Shown here piece by piece: positions 53,726 to 64,000 of a DNA stretch of 64,000 bases. The notes under the pieces were generated by a model. That model was not told the DNA's origin. It saw only the letters and a list, made by a program, of their open reading frames with translations, and searched no databases. The translations under genes were made by a program, and so were the position numbers. Every line of letters begins with the position of its first letter. Within the stretch, counting starts at the first letter, position 1. The stretch is from NCBI GenBank assembly GCA_963813075.1, contig CAWEXU010000030.1, positions 288,001 to 352,000 of the forward strand, read 5' to 3'. This DNA is from Methanotrichaceae archaeon. Its GTDB lineage: Archaea; Halobacteriota; Methanosarcinia; Methanotrichales; Methanotrichaceae.

Positions 53726-55000
53726 TTAGCGTGGTACCACGCTTATGCACATGCCGGCAGCGACGGTCGTGCCCATATCTCTGATGGCGAACCTGCCCAA
53801 CTGGGGAATCTCCTTCACCGGCTCAATTACCATGGGCTTGGAGGGGGTGACCATGATGATGGCCGCATCTCCAGCCTTGATGAAGGCGGGATTCTCCTCC
53901 TTAACCGCCCCGGACCTCGGGTCCAGCTTGGCGAGAATGGCAGTCAGGGTGCAGGCGATCTGAGCGGTATGGCAGTGGAATACAGGAGTGTATCCAGCGG
54001 ATATGGCGCTTGGATGCTGGAGCACCACTATCTGGGCCTTGAACTCCTTGGCTACGGTTGGGGGCTTCTCCACCGATCCGCATACATCTCCCCGGCGAAT
54101 GTCTTTCTTAGAGACGCCGCGCACATTCCATCCGATGTTATCTCCGGGGAATGCCTCATTAACCTCTTCGTGATGCATCTCAATGGACTTGACCTCGCCA
54201 GCAACTCCCGCCGGTTCGAAGATGATCTTGTCGTTCTTTCTCATGACCCCGGTCTCAACTCTGCCCACGGGCACAGTGCCGACACCGGAGATGGTGTAGA
54301 CATCCTGCACCGGTACGCGCAGAGGCAGCTTGGTGGGCTTCTCAGGCACCTTGAGGTTGTTCAAAGCTTCCAGAAGGGTCGGTCCCTTGTACCAGGGGGT
54401 GTTTGCGCTCGCTTTGGCCAGGTTGTCTCCCATCAGCCCGGAGAGGGGTATGAAGGGTATATCATCAACCTTGTATCCAACCATCTTGAGCAGCTTGCTT
54501 ACCTCTTCTTTGACCTCGTTGTACCTCTTCTCGTCAAAGGGCGGAGTGGTGGCATCGATCTTGTTCATAGCCACAACCAGCTGGTTGACTCCCAGGGTCC
54601 TGGATAAGAAGACGTGCTCTTTGGTCTGCGCCATGACTCCATCCGGAACGGCCACGATCAGCACTGCTGCGTCTGCCTGGCTGGCACCGGTGATCATGTT
54701 CTTGACGAAGTCCCTGTGGCCTGGGCAGTCCACTACGGTGAAGTAGAACTTATCTGTATCGAAGCGGTGGTGAGCGATATCGATGGTAACGCCCCTCTCG
54801 CGCTCCTCTTTCAGGCTGTCCATAACCCAGGCGAACTCGAATGTCGCCTTGCCTTTGCTTGCTGCTTCTTTCTTGTACTCATCAATGACGTGGGGGTCTA
54901 CAGCCCCGGTCTCAAACATCAATCTGCCTACGGTCGTCGACTTTCCGTGGTCGACGTGTCCAATGAATGCTAGATTGAGATGTGGCTTTGCATCTGCCAT
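53726..55000 (-). CDS. tuf: Elongation factor 1-alpha
   Basis: [37 protein letters not shown]. Confidence 0.98.
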   Translation of the reverse strand: MADAKPHLNLAFIGHVDHGKSTTVGRLMFETGAVDPHVIDEYKKEAASKGKATFEFAWVMDSLKEERERGVTIDIAHHRFDTDKFYFTVVDCPGHRDFVKNMITGASQADAAVLIVAVPDGVMAQTKEHVFLSRTLGVNQLVVAMNKIDATTPPFDEKRYNEVKEEVSKLLKMVGYKVDDIPFIPLSGLMGDNLAKASANTPWYKGPTLLEALNNLKVPEKPTKLPLRVPVQDVYTISGVGTVPVGRVETGVMRKNDKIIFEPAGVAGEVKSIEMHHEEVNEAFPGDNIGWNVRGVSKKDIRRGDVCGSVEKPPTVAKEFKAQIVVLQHPSAISAGYTPVFHCHTAQIACTLTAILAKLDPRSGAVKEENPAFIKAGDAAIIMVTPSKPMVIEPVKEIPQLGRFAIRDMGTTVAAGMCISVVPR

Positions 55001-55076
55001 TTTTATCTCCTCCAACTGGCACTATCCATATTTTTCAGTATTTCCGGCTTTGTGTTTAATCTTTTCGAAAGGCCGC

Positions 55077-57272
55077 TTATACGACCTTCAAGTAATCACT
55101 GGGTTTGGGCATCTCCGGCTTCAAGCCCTTTCTGGTCCTGATCTGCTTGACGGTATCCTGCAGCAGATTAGCGGGCAGGGGCTCGAATCCTGCAAACTCA
55201 GAGGACCAGAGGGCTCTTCCTTCCGTGGCCGATCTTATCGCCCCGGAGAATCCGAACATCTGAGCCACAGGCATCTTGGATTTGAGGATAACCATATCAC
55301 CCTGGCTGTCCATGCTCAGGATGACGCCTCTTCTTCCCTGGATCTCAGACATGGCTCCACCCATTTGATCCTGAGGCACCTGTATATAGACGTTCTGGAA
55401 GGGCTCAAGCAATACGGGATCTGCCATGAGAATTCCGGCCTGCACTGCCTGCCTGACTGCGGGAATGACCTGAGCCGGGCCGCGGTGCACCGCATCCTCG
55501 TGCAGCTTCACATCCATGATCTTGGCCTTTACCCCCTGGACGGGTTCCCTGCAGATGGGGCCGTTCTTCAAGGCCTCCTCGAAGCCCTCCAGGATGAGCT
55601 CCATGGTCTCTCTCAGGTACTGAATGCCCTTGGTCATATTGAGAAGGACATTGGTGCCATAGTAGCCGGAAATGTTCCTGGCCTCATCCTTGTCCATGCC
55701 CATTTCGATGAGCAGCTTTCTGCGTTCGACCTCTTCCATCTTCATGCTGATCTTGCCCTCTTTCAGGGCATCGATCACTCCGGATTCCAGAGGTTCAAAC
55801 TCGACATAGAAGCGGTTGTGGTGGTTGGGCGACTTTCCTTCCACCGGCCCCGCCCGGCCGCCTATTGATTCCCGGTATACGACAATGGGCGGAGAGGTCT
55901 TGAGCTCAACGCCGCGATCGCGCTGGAGCCTGGTGACAGTGACATCCAAATGCAATTCGCCCATGCCCGCCATGAGGTGCTCGCCGGTCTCCTCGTTGAT
56001 GGTGACCTGCAAAGTGGGGTCTTCCTTGGCGATCTGCCTCAGAACCTCCACTACCTTGGGCAGGTCGCGGGTGTTCTTGGCCTCGACCGCCACGGTCATG
56101 ACCGGCTCGGAGACGTGCTTGATCTGCTCGAAGGGGGTCATATTCTCCTCAGAGGAGATGGTGGATCCGACAATAGCATCCCGAAGACCAGTGACTGCGG
56201 CTATGTTTCCTGCCGGGATCTCCTCCACCTCAACCCTCTCCGCGCCCATGACCACACCAGTCTGCTGAATGCGGTTGGTCCCGCCGATGCCCGATACATA
56301 AAGCTCCATGCCCCGCCTGAGGGTCCCGGAGAAGAGCCGGCCTGTGGCCACTTCGCCTGCATGGGGGTCGACCTTCACCTTGTTTATCATGAAGGCCACG
56401 GGACCAGATGGATCGCAGCTGGCCATGGCCTTTCCCACCGGGCTGTCCCAGTCGCCGTGCCAGATGACTCCGACCCGTTCCTTTTGGGACTCGATGGGGC
56501 TGGGAAGGAACTTGACCACCATATCGTTGACCGCAATGTATAGGGGAACCTTCTCTGCCAGTTCCTTCATCTTTCCTTCACGGCAGTAGTCGACCACCTG
56601 ATCGAAGCCGATCCCCGTCTTCTTCATCTGAGGAACGCTTATCGCCCAGTTATAGAGAGCTGAGCCGAAAGCGATATTTCCCTTGGCTGCGTCCAGCTTC
56701 CAGCCGGCCTTATATTTCTCCTCGTCCATCCCTAAAATGAGCTTGTTGACATTGTCTATGACCTTGCCCAGCCGGGCGGCCATGTCCTTCTTCTCCACCT
56801 TGAGCTCATTTATCATCCGGTCCACCTTATTGACGAAAAGGACCGGCCGGACGCCCTCTTTCAGAGCCTGCCTGAGCACGGTCTCCGTCTGGGGCATGGC
56901 ACCCTCAACTGCGTCCACGACCACCACTGCACCGTCCACGGCGCGCATGGCTCTTGTGACGTCGCCGCCGAAGTCAACGTGGCCAGGAGTGTCAATCATA
57001 TTGATCAGATACTCTTTGCCGTCCACCTCATGGACCATGGAGACATTGGCGGCATCGATGGTGATGCCTCTTGCCTGCTCCAGGGGATCGAAATCCATGA
57101 ACAGCTGCTTTCCTGCCAGATCCATGGATATCATGCCCGCGCCGCCCAGCAGATTGTCAGAAAGGGTTGTCTTGCCGTGATCGATATGTGCCACGATTCC
57201 GATGTTCCTGATAAACATGGGTTTATCCATCAGAGTGGTCACACGTTCTGCTATCTTCTTCCTCTTGCCCAT
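55077..57272 (-). CDS. fusA: Elongation factor 2
   Basis: [22 protein letters not shown], diphthamide loop DAVHRGPAQ. Confidence 0.98.
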   Translation of the reverse strand: MGKRKKIAERVTTLMDKPMFIRNIGIVAHIDHGKTTLSDNLLGGAGMISMDLAGKQLFMDFDPLEQARGITIDAANVSMVHEVDGKEYLINMIDTPGHVDFGGDVTRAMRAVDGAVVVVDAVEGAMPQTETVLRQALKEGVRPVLFVNKVDRMINELKVEKKDMAARLGKVIDNVNKLILGMDEEKYKAGWKLDAAKGNIAFGSALYNWAISVPQMKKTGIGFDQVVDYCREGKMKELAEKVPLYIAVNDMVVKFLPSPIESQKERVGVIWHGDWDSPVGKAMASCDPSGPVAFMINKVKVDPHAGEVATGRLFSGTLRRGMELYVSGIGGTNRIQQTGVVMGAERVEVEEIPAGNIAAVTGLRDAIVGSTISSEENMTPFEQIKHVSEPVMTVAVEAKNTRDLPKVVEVLRQIAKEDPTLQVTINEETGEHLMAGMGELHLDVTVTRLQRDRGVELKTSPPIVVYRESIGGRAGPVEGKSPNHHNRFYVEFEPLESGVIDALKEGKISMKMEEVERRKLLIEMGMDKDEARNISGYYGTNVLLNMTKGIQYLRETMELILEGFEEALKNGPICREPVQGVKAKIMDVKLHEDAVHRGPAQVIPAVRQAVQAGILMADPVLLEPFQNVYIQVPQDQMGGAMSEIQGRRGVILSMDSQGDMVILKSKMPVAQMFGFSGAIRSATEGRALWSSEFAGFEPLPANLLQDTVKQIRTRKGLKPEMPKPSDYLKVV

Positions 57273-57479
57273 AATACGCCTCGCGAAGTTTGAGATAAAT
57301 CTTATAATCCTGACTAGGACCTAGACTCCTCGGGCTCAATGTATTTAAGCCTTCGGCCCCTTCTTCGGGCGGTTTCTAAAGAGAAATATATGAGTGGCCA
57401 TTTTAGCAGATCTACTTCTTTAGCCTTCGCTGGACAAAGCTTAAATCGATGCGAACATAGCTCTGGTTCGGTTTTTACG

Positions 57480-58874
57480 ATGGCGCGCTTGGTAATGAAG
57501 TTTGGTGGTGTTTCCGTTGCTGACGGAAACCGGCTGAGGCATGTGGGCGATCTGGTGGGACATTTCAGTCGCGACAATGAGATAGTCCTCGTCACCTCTG
57601 CCCTTCAAGGGGTGACGGATGAACTTTTAGCCTGTGCCAGAAGGGCAGCCAGCGAAGGCGATGTCTCAGAGGTGATCGACTTCATGGAGAGGCTTACAGA
57701 CAGACACAACCAAGCGATAGCGGATGCAATCCGGGATCCGGCAATAGCCAAAGAGGTCCAGAACACAATATCCGAGAAGCTCTCATTGCTTGAGAAGGCC
57801 TACATCGGAATCTGCTATCTGGGTGAGCTAACCAGTCGCTCGCTGGACTATATATCCAGCTATGGCGAGCAACTGGCCGCGCCCATTCTCTCCGGGGTGC
57901 TCAGGGACATGGGCATCCCATCACAGCATTATACCGGCTCAGAGGCGGGAATTGTCACCGACAGTAAATATGGAGACTCCAGGCCCCTGGAAAAGACCTA
58001 CAGCCAGATCCCCCAAAAGCTTCTGCCTCTGAAGGGGATCCCTGTGGTCACCGGGTTCATCGCCCAGGACGAGAAGGGGACCATAACCACCCTGGGACGG
58101 GGCGGCTCCGACCTCACCGCCTCATTGATCGGAGCGGCCATCAACGCGGACGAGATATGGTTCTGGAAGGAGACCTCCGGGATCATGACCACCGATCCCA
58201 AGATCGTGCCCGAGGCCAAGACCATCCCCACCATCTCCTACCGGGAGGCAATGGAGCTCTCCTACTTCGGGGCCAAGGTTCTCCATCCCCGGGCCATTGA
58301 GCCCGCCATTAAGAAAGGGGTCCCCGTGAGGGTCAAATGCACCTTCGATCCCGAGGACCCAGGGACCCAGATTGTGAGGGACGATGTTCCCAAAGAGGAT
58401 GTGATCAAGGCGGTCACATTGCATAAGAATGTGGAGCTATTGAACATCTCCGGCGCGGGGATGATAGGAACTTTGGGCGTCGCTGCCCGCGCTTTTACCG
58501 CTCTGGCAAAAGCGGGGATCAACATAGTGATGATCAGCCAGGGCTCCTCTGAGGCCAACATATCCATGGTCATAGAAGAGGGACAGGCGGATCGAGCTGA
58601 TGAGGCGCTGCGATCCGAGTTTACCAGGGATGTGGTCAAGGAGATCTCCCATGACCATGATATCTGCGCAGTAGCGGTGACGGGCTCGGGAATGGCCGGG
58701 ACTCCTGGAGTCGCCGCCCGGGTGTTCAAGGCCATGGGTCAGGCTCGGATCAATGTGGTCATGATCAGCCAGGCATCGGGCCAGCATAACATCTCCTTCG
58801 TGGTAGCATCGGCTGATGGGGAAAGAGCGGTCAAGGAGCTTCATCGCGAGTTTGGCCTGGGCGGTGAAGCATGA
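57480..58874 (+). CDS. lysC: Aspartate kinase (two ACT domains)
   Basis: VMKFGG, TTLGRGGSD, GAKVLHPR. Confidence 0.95.
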   Translation: MARLVMKFGGVSVADGNRLRHVGDLVGHFSRDNEIVLVTSALQGVTDELLACARRAASEGDVSEVIDFMERLTDRHNQAIADAIRDPAIAKEVQNTISEKLSLLEKAYIGICYLGELTSRSLDYISSYGEQLAAPILSGVLRDMGIPSQHYTGSEAGIVTDSKYGDSRPLEKTYSQIPQKLLPLKGIPVVTGFIAQDEKGTITTLGRGGSDLTASLIGAAINADEIWFWKETSGIMTTDPKIVPEAKTIPTISYREAMELSYFGAKVLHPRAIEPAIKKGVPVRVKCTFDPEDPGTQIVRDDVPKEDVIKAVTLHKNVELLNISGAGMIGTLGVAARAFTALAKAGINIVMISQGSSEANISMVIEEGQADRADEALRSEFTRDVVKEISHDHDICAVAVTGSGMAGTPGVAARVFKAMGQARINVVMISQASGQHNISFVVASADGERAVKELHREFGLGGEA

Positions 58875-59866
58875 AGAAGCTCACCTATGCCGGGGCCGGG
58901 GTGGACATCAACCTGGAGAACAGATCCATCGACGCCATGAAGTCCGTCCTCACCACCAGGCGCAAGGGATTCGGTGCGCCCCTGACCGATATCGGCCACT
59001 ATGCAGGACTCCTGGATATGGGAAGCTTTGCCCTGGCCATGACCACAGACGGTGTGGGCTCAAAGGTCCTGATCGCCAATGCCATCTCCAAATGGGATAC
59101 GATTGGAATCGACTGCATCGCCATGAATGTGAACGACCTGTATGCCATCGGGGCCGAGCCCATTGCCTTTGTGGACTACCTGGCGGTGGAGAAGGTTGAC
59201 CCCGAACGCTCTGAGCAAGTCGCCATTGGTCTCGCCCGGGGGGCAGAACTCTCCAATATGACCATCGTGGGGGGAGAGACCGCCTCCCTGCCGGAGATCA
59301 TCCGGGGATTTGACCTGGCCGGAACCGCTATTGGCATCGTGGACAAGGATAAAGTGGTGACCGGGGAGAAGATCAAGAAGGGTGATGTGCTGGTGGGGGT
59401 CCCCAGCAGCGGCCTGCACAGCAACGGTTACACCCTGGCCAGGGCGATAGTGGCCCAGTCCGGGTACTCCTACACGGACCTCATGCCCGGAGGGAGGAAA
59501 AGCATAGGAGAGGAGCTTTTAGAGCCCACCAGGATCTATCATGAAGTGGTAGAGCTGGTGAAAAGGTGCAATGTACACGGGCTCGCGCACATCACCGGCT
59601 CCGGGCTTCTCAAGCTGCGCCGGATCAGCAATCTCGGATTCGAGATAACCGATCCACTTGAGCCCCAGCCTATCTACCAATTCCTCCAGGAGCAGGGCAA
59701 TGTGGAGGATCTGGAGATGTACCGGACGTTCAACATGGGAATGGGCTTTTTAGTGGTGCTGGCGGAGGAAGAAGCAAAAGAAGCCTGCCGGATCATGGGG
59801 CCCGGCTCTCGAGTCATAGGGTCGGTGGTAAAAGAAGGATTGAAAGCAGGCAGCCTGGCCTTCTAG
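58871..59866 (+). CDS. purM: AIR synthetase
   Basis: YAGAGVD, DGVGSK, GGETA, SSGLHSNGY, HITG, FNMG. Confidence 0.97.
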   Translation: MKKLTYAGAGVDINLENRSIDAMKSVLTTRRKGFGAPLTDIGHYAGLLDMGSFALAMTTDGVGSKVLIANAISKWDTIGIDCIAMNVNDLYAIGAEPIAFVDYLAVEKVDPERSEQVAIGLARGAELSNMTIVGGETASLPEIIRGFDLAGTAIGIVDKDKVVTGEKIKKGDVLVGVPSSGLHSNGYTLARAIVAQSGYSYTDLMPGGRKSIGEELLEPTRIYHEVVELVKRCNVHGLAHITGSGLLKLRRISNLGFEITDPLEPQPIYQFLQEQGNVEDLEMYRTFNMGMGFLVVLAEEEAKEACRIMGPGSRVIGSVVKEGLKAGSLAF

Positions 59867-59914
59867 GCCTGCCTGTTTTATCTAAATCACTATCTTCCTT
59901 TCTTCTTTATTTTT

Positions 59915-60679
59915 TCACTGCTTGTTCTCGCCGAACATCTCCTCGAGCTTCTCTTTTATCTTCTGGATGGACTGGACCGCCGGGCAGTCGGCATCTATGG
60001 GAGGCTTGCCTGCCAGGTCTGCCTCCACCAGACAGCGGTCGAAGGGTATGGTTCCCAGGACCGGAATGCCCATTAGGGAGAGCTTTTCCGCTACGGGACC
60101 TGGGTCGTCCGCCTTGTTTATCACCGCGAAGTACCGAGAGATGCCGATCTCTTTGCCCAGCTGCATTATCCTCTCCACGGTCTCAATGGACCTCATCCCC
60201 GGCTCCACCACGGCGATCATGGCATCAACGCCCCTGGCAGTAGCCCGGCCCAGGTGCTCGATGCCCGCCTCCATATCCAGGATAACCAGGTCCTTCTCCC
60301 GGGTTATCACATGGCGGAGGAGGGCTTTGACGAAGGAATTGGCGGGACACATGCATCCCGAGCCGCCGGAGTCGATGGTGCCCATGACCACCAGCTTGAC
60401 GTTGTCCGGACCGGTGCAGCCGCACATAGCTACCACATCGTCAACCTTGGGATTCATCTTGAACATGCCCATGGGCATGCCCGCCCGCTCCTCAACCAGG
60501 TCCTTATGCTCGGTGACAGGCTTGGGCAGAATAGGGATGCCCAGAGCCGAGCCCAGGTTCATGCTCGGATCGGCGTCAACTGCCAGGACATTGTATCCGT
60601 CGCGCGCAAAGAGACGGGCCAGGGTCCCGGCGAGGGTGGTCTTGCCCACACCTCCTTTTCCTGAGATGGCGATTTTCAT
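59915..60679 (-). CDS. cooC: CO dehydrogenase/ACS nickel-insertion ATPase
   Basis: GKGGVGKTT, DADP, GCMCP, DMEAGIEHLGR. Confidence 0.92.
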   Translation of the reverse strand: MKIAISGKGGVGKTTLAGTLARLFARDGYNVLAVDADPSMNLGSALGIPILPKPVTEHKDLVEERAGMPMGMFKMNPKVDDVVAMCGCTGPDNVKLVVMGTIDSGGSGCMCPANSFVKALLRHVITREKDLVILDMEAGIEHLGRATARGVDAMIAVVEPGMRSIETVERIMQLGKEIGISRYFAVINKADDPGPVAEKLSLMGIPVLGTIPFDRCLVEADLAGKPPIDADCPAVQSIQKIKEKLEEMFGENKQ

Positions 60680-60847
60680 TTCTTTAACCTCTGCAATTGT
60701 AGCCAGTCAACCTTCAAGCCTTAGAAATTTTGCGGCCATCCTCAAAGAGAATGGGGTTTATATCGATTCTGGGTGATAGTATGAGATGATGCGGATGGCC
60801 ATGATTCGATGAAACAGATGGCCAGAGGGTCCGCAGGGGGACAGGGA

Positions 60848-62878
60848 ATGATCGAGAGCATCAGAAAACGGGACGGACGGGTGATGGAGTTTATGCCCGA
60901 GAAGATTGCCCTGGCCATATCCAAGGCCTTTCGAGCCGTGGGCAGGGAGGAAGAAAATGCCCCTCTCAGGCTGGCAGAGGAAGTGGCCGAAGAGGCAGAG
61001 GAGCGATTCGCTTCCACCATCCCGGGAGTGGAGGAGATCCAGGACCTGGTGGAGAAGGCGCTCATATCCGCTGGCTACGCCGACGTGGCCAAGGCCTATA
61101 TCCTCTACCGGCAAAGGAGAGCGGAGATCAGAGAGGCCAAACGCTATCTGGGTGTGGCAGACGACCTGAAGCTCTCCCTCAATGCGCTGGAGGTGCTCAA
61201 GAAGAGGTACCTTTTGAGGGACGAGCAGGGAGTGGTGGTGGAGAGACCGGGAGAGATGTTCGCCCGCGTGGCCAGGCACGTATCCCTAGCAGAAGGGCGC
61301 TATGGCGGGGATAGCGACCACTATCAGTCCCTTTTTTTGCAGATGATGAGGAGCCTGGAATTTCTGCCCAACTCCCCCACCCTGATGAATGCCGGCTTGC
61401 CTTTAGGCCAGCTCTCAGCCTGCTTTGTCCTGCCGGTCGAGGATTCCATTCCCGGGATATTCGAGGCCCTGAAGAACATGGCCCTGATCCATCAGAGCGG
61501 CGGAGGCACCGGCTTCTCCTTCTCCCGGCTGCGGCCAAAGGACGACGTCGTCCGGGCTACGGGCGGAGTGGCCAGCGGACCGGTCTCATTCATGCGCATC
61601 TTCGATACGGCGACGGAGGTTATTAAGCAGGGCGGGCGACGCCGGGGGGCGAACATGGGAGTTCTCAGGGTTGACCATCCCGATATCATGGAGTTCGTAG
61701 AGGCCAAGGAGCGGCCGGGATTCCTGGAGAACTTCAACCTCTCTATAGCGGCGACGGACCAGTTCATGGAAAAGTCCCGCGGTGAAGGCGAGATCGACCT
61801 GGTCAATCCGCGCACAGGCCTGGCTGTGGGCAGGCTGAAAGCAAAGGAGCTTTTGGGTCTTGTCGCCACCTCCGCCTGGAGGGGAGGCGACCCGGGGATG
61901 ATCTTCATCGATCGGATCAATGCCGCCCACCCTCTGCCCGATCTGATCGAGGCCACAAACCCCTGCGGGGAGCAGCCTCTGCTGCCATACGAATCCTGCA
62001 ACCTGGGATCGATCAACCTATCCCGGCTGGTGAGAAATGGGGAGCTGGACTGGGACCGGCTGGCTGAGTTGGTCCGCCTGGGGGTGAGATTTTTGGATGA
62101 TGTCGTCGACATGAACCGCTTCCCTCTGAAAGAGATCGAAAAAATGACCCTGTCCACGAGAAAGATCGGCCTGGGAGTGATGGGATTTGCCGATATGCTC
62201 ATCGGGATGAACGTCTCCTACCGCTCCCCCCGAGCGGTGGCTCTGGCAGAGGAGGTGATGAGCTTCATCACTGAGCATGCCCGCGCCCAGTCGGCGAGCC
62301 TGGGAGAGGAGAGAGGCTCATTCCCCCGATTAGAGGAGTCGGGCCTGCGAGGCTGGAGCGCTATGAGAAATGCCACTGTGACCACCATCGCCCCCACCGG
62401 CACCATCAGCATCATCGCCGGTACGAGCAGTGGCATTGAGCCCCTCTTTGCATTGGCATTCGTGCGCCGGGTGCTGGAAGGGGCACGCCTCCTGGAGGTC
62501 TCGCCGCTCTTCGAGAAGATGGCCGGGGAAAGGGGGATTTACACCCCTGACCTGAAAGCGGAGCTGGCCCGGGTGGGCAGCGTGCAGAACAGTTCTGCAG
62601 TGCCAGAGGACTTAAAGGAGCTTTTTGTAACCGCCCTGGACATCTCCCCTCAGCAGCACGTGCGCATTCAGGCCGCCTTCCAGAAGTATACGGACAATGC
62701 CGTCTCCAAGACGGTGAACCTGCCCGCGGAGGCGACGGTAAGCGATGTGCTCGATGTCTACCATTTGGCATATGAGATGGGCTGCAAGGGGGTGACCGTC
62801 TTCAGATATGGCAGCCGAAGCCAGGTGCTCTATCTGGGAAATGGGGAGACGGTGCCCGGCTGCAAATACTGCGGTTAG
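60848..62878 (+). CDS. nrdJ: Class II (B12-dependent) ribonucleotide reductase with ATP cone
   Basis: IRKRDGR ATP cone, PNSPTLMNAG, SACF, TNPCGEQ, CNLGS, APTG, C-terminal CKYCG. Confidence 0.93.
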   Translation: MIESIRKRDGRVMEFMPEKIALAISKAFRAVGREEENAPLRLAEEVAEEAEERFASTIPGVEEIQDLVEKALISAGYADVAKAYILYRQRRAEIREAKRYLGVADDLKLSLNALEVLKKRYLLRDEQGVVVERPGEMFARVARHVSLAEGRYGGDSDHYQSLFLQMMRSLEFLPNSPTLMNAGLPLGQLSACFVLPVEDSIPGIFEALKNMALIHQSGGGTGFSFSRLRPKDDVVRATGGVASGPVSFMRIFDTATEVIKQGGRRRGANMGVLRVDHPDIMEFVEAKERPGFLENFNLSIAATDQFMEKSRGEGEIDLVNPRTGLAVGRLKAKELLGLVATSAWRGGDPGMIFIDRINAAHPLPDLIEATNPCGEQPLLPYESCNLGSINLSRLVRNGELDWDRLAELVRLGVRFLDDVVDMNRFPLKEIEKMTLSTRKIGLGVMGFADMLIGMNVSYRSPRAVALAEEVMSFITEHARAQSASLGEERGSFPRLEESGLRGWSAMRNATVTTIAPTGTISIIAGTSSGIEPLFALAFVRRVLEGARLLEVSPLFEKMAGERGIYTPDLKAELARVGSVQNSSAVPEDLKELFVTALDISPQQHVRIQAAFQKYTDNAVSKTVNLPAEATVSDVLDVYHLAYEMGCKGVTVFRYGSRSQVLYLGNGETVPGCKYCG

Positions 62879-62920
62879 GAGGACATCCGCCATTCTGAGG
62901 TTCAGCCCTTCCTGCCGGGA

Positions 62921-63631
62921 TCACTTCTCCATCGCTTTCTTTCTCAAATCCACTGGCATCTTCTCGATAGCATAGCGAAGAGCAGTTCGGGGCATGCGGG
63001 CCTTATTTTTCATCACATACTCGAAGACCTCATCCCGGTGAGTTTTGCTCGCCTCCTTGAGAAGCCAGCCGTATCCCTTCTGCACCATATCGTCCCGATC
63101 TTCGAAGAGTATGTCCGCGATTGTGAAGACCTCGGGCAAAAAGTCGCCCCTGCGGGCGGGCAGGATCAGGGTCACCGCCGAGGCCCGCCGCAGCCAACGA
63201 TTGCTGGACCGGGCCCAAATGAAGAGGTTCTCGATGAACTGAGGGTACAATTCGATGAAGCTTCCCAGGGTGTGATTGCACAGGGTGTCGCACTTCGCCC
63301 AGTTGTTCACATACCCCTCCAGCCAGCCCTGGAAGACGGAGAAGTCCGACGGCTCATACTGGCGGCGAAGGGTGTATGCCCACTCAAAGGCGATGAACGC
63401 CTCCTCCCCATAGTCTGAACGGAGCAGATCCTCACAGAGGGCGAAGATCTCCTCTTTGTCCCTCCCTTTTATCTCCCGGAAGTATTTGGTCGCGATCTTC
63501 CTGACCAGGCTGGATTTGACACCATGAAACTTTACCTCCTCTTTAAAGAAGCGCGATGCACTATCTCTGGTCTTCTCATCCTTTCCCTCAAGGAGCTCCT
63601 GGCGCAATCTGATCAGAACATCCCTTTCCAT
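62921..63631 (-). CDS. DNA alkylation repair (AlkD-like) protein
   Basis: NNWAKCD, RWLRRAS, MVQKGYGWLLKE, RTALRYAIEK. Confidence 0.9.
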   Translation of the reverse strand: MERDVLIRLRQELLEGKDEKTRDSASRFFKEEVKFHGVKSSLVRKIATKYFREIKGRDKEEIFALCEDLLRSDYGEEAFIAFEWAYTLRRQYEPSDFSVFQGWLEGYVNNWAKCDTLCNHTLGSFIELYPQFIENLFIWARSSNRWLRRASAVTLILPARRGDFLPEVFTIADILFEDRDDMVQKGYGWLLKEASKTHRDEVFEYVMKNKARMPRTALRYAIEKMPVDLRKKAMEK

Positions 63632-63815
63632 ATCCAAACCTAGAATGGCCTCAGCCAAAAATTCTTCGCTGAATAAAGACGGCATGGAAAAGTCTAAATA
63701 TAATAAACATCTATAATCTATTTGTTAAGTAACACCAAATTAAGGATGCATGAGAGATTCGGGGACCACCTCCTCCCTGAATTTCCCAGGCAGTTTCTTG
63801 GGGAAAGCTATCCAG

Positions 63816-64000
63816 TTATGCTTTTTTCGGCTCTTCATCCATTTCGAAATCCATAGAGGCGGCCAGTTCATTGATCAAAGGCCCGAGCTTATCCTTCATA
63901 TCCGGCCTCAATTCAATCAGCTTAAAAAATATCATCATCTTGCTGGCCAGACTGATATCCTCAAGCTCTGCACCGATCCCATCCAGGGTATCATTAATCG
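63816..64000 (-). CDS. C-terminal part of a hypothetical protein (truncated by the window edge)
   Basis: Open frame INDTLDGIGAELEDISLASKMMIFFKLIELRPDMKDKLGPLINELAASMDFEMDEEPKKA*. Confidence 0.65.
   Translation of the reverse strand, partial: INDTLDGIGAELEDISLASKMMIFFKLIELRPDMKDKLGPLINELAASMDFEMDEEPKKA

Noticed and set aside
60848..62878. Intein or intron in nrdJ (also looked in DP1, EF-2 and both tRNAs)
   Set aside because: Lengths are normal and motifs contiguous; no insertion seen.

Overview
Archaeal chromosomal segment. Gene content (PolD DP1, aIF2-alpha, Nop10, fibrillarin, RaSEA, archaeal RibC, CooC, many secreted hypotheticals) points to a Methanothrix/Methanosaeta-like methanogen (inference). 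Bases 1-13.4k, lying 3' of tRNA-Gly(GCC), form an accessory block: two paralogous secreted Cys-rich repeat proteins with a shared N-terminal domain but different stalks, several fragments of the same families, NosD/PAS/LTD-DUF11 genes, and a broken Fic/Doc toxin gene facing a small unannotated ORF. Bases 13.6k-64k are mostly housekeeping: trxB-like, raSEA, usp, DUF1646, nikR, flpA, DP1, thiC-like, argD-hisC, prs, priS-GINS-L44e-S27e-aIF2a-nop10, ribC, thyA, a hybrid kinase, an RND transporter, tRNA-Arg(CCG), fusA-tuf-rps10, lysC-purM, cooC, nrdJ and alkD. Many genes, including normally essential ones, carry single-base frameshifts that look like assembly errors. Best novelty candidates: (1) a structured leader before the DUF1646 gene, possibly an archaeal Na+-sensing riboswitch; (2) two ~185-bp structured non-coding direct repeats flanking one gene; (3) the modular disulfide-rich surface-protein locus; (4) the convergent Doc/antitoxin-like pair. 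No CRISPR array, rRNA, integrase or transposase was seen. Family names come from motif recognition, not database searches.
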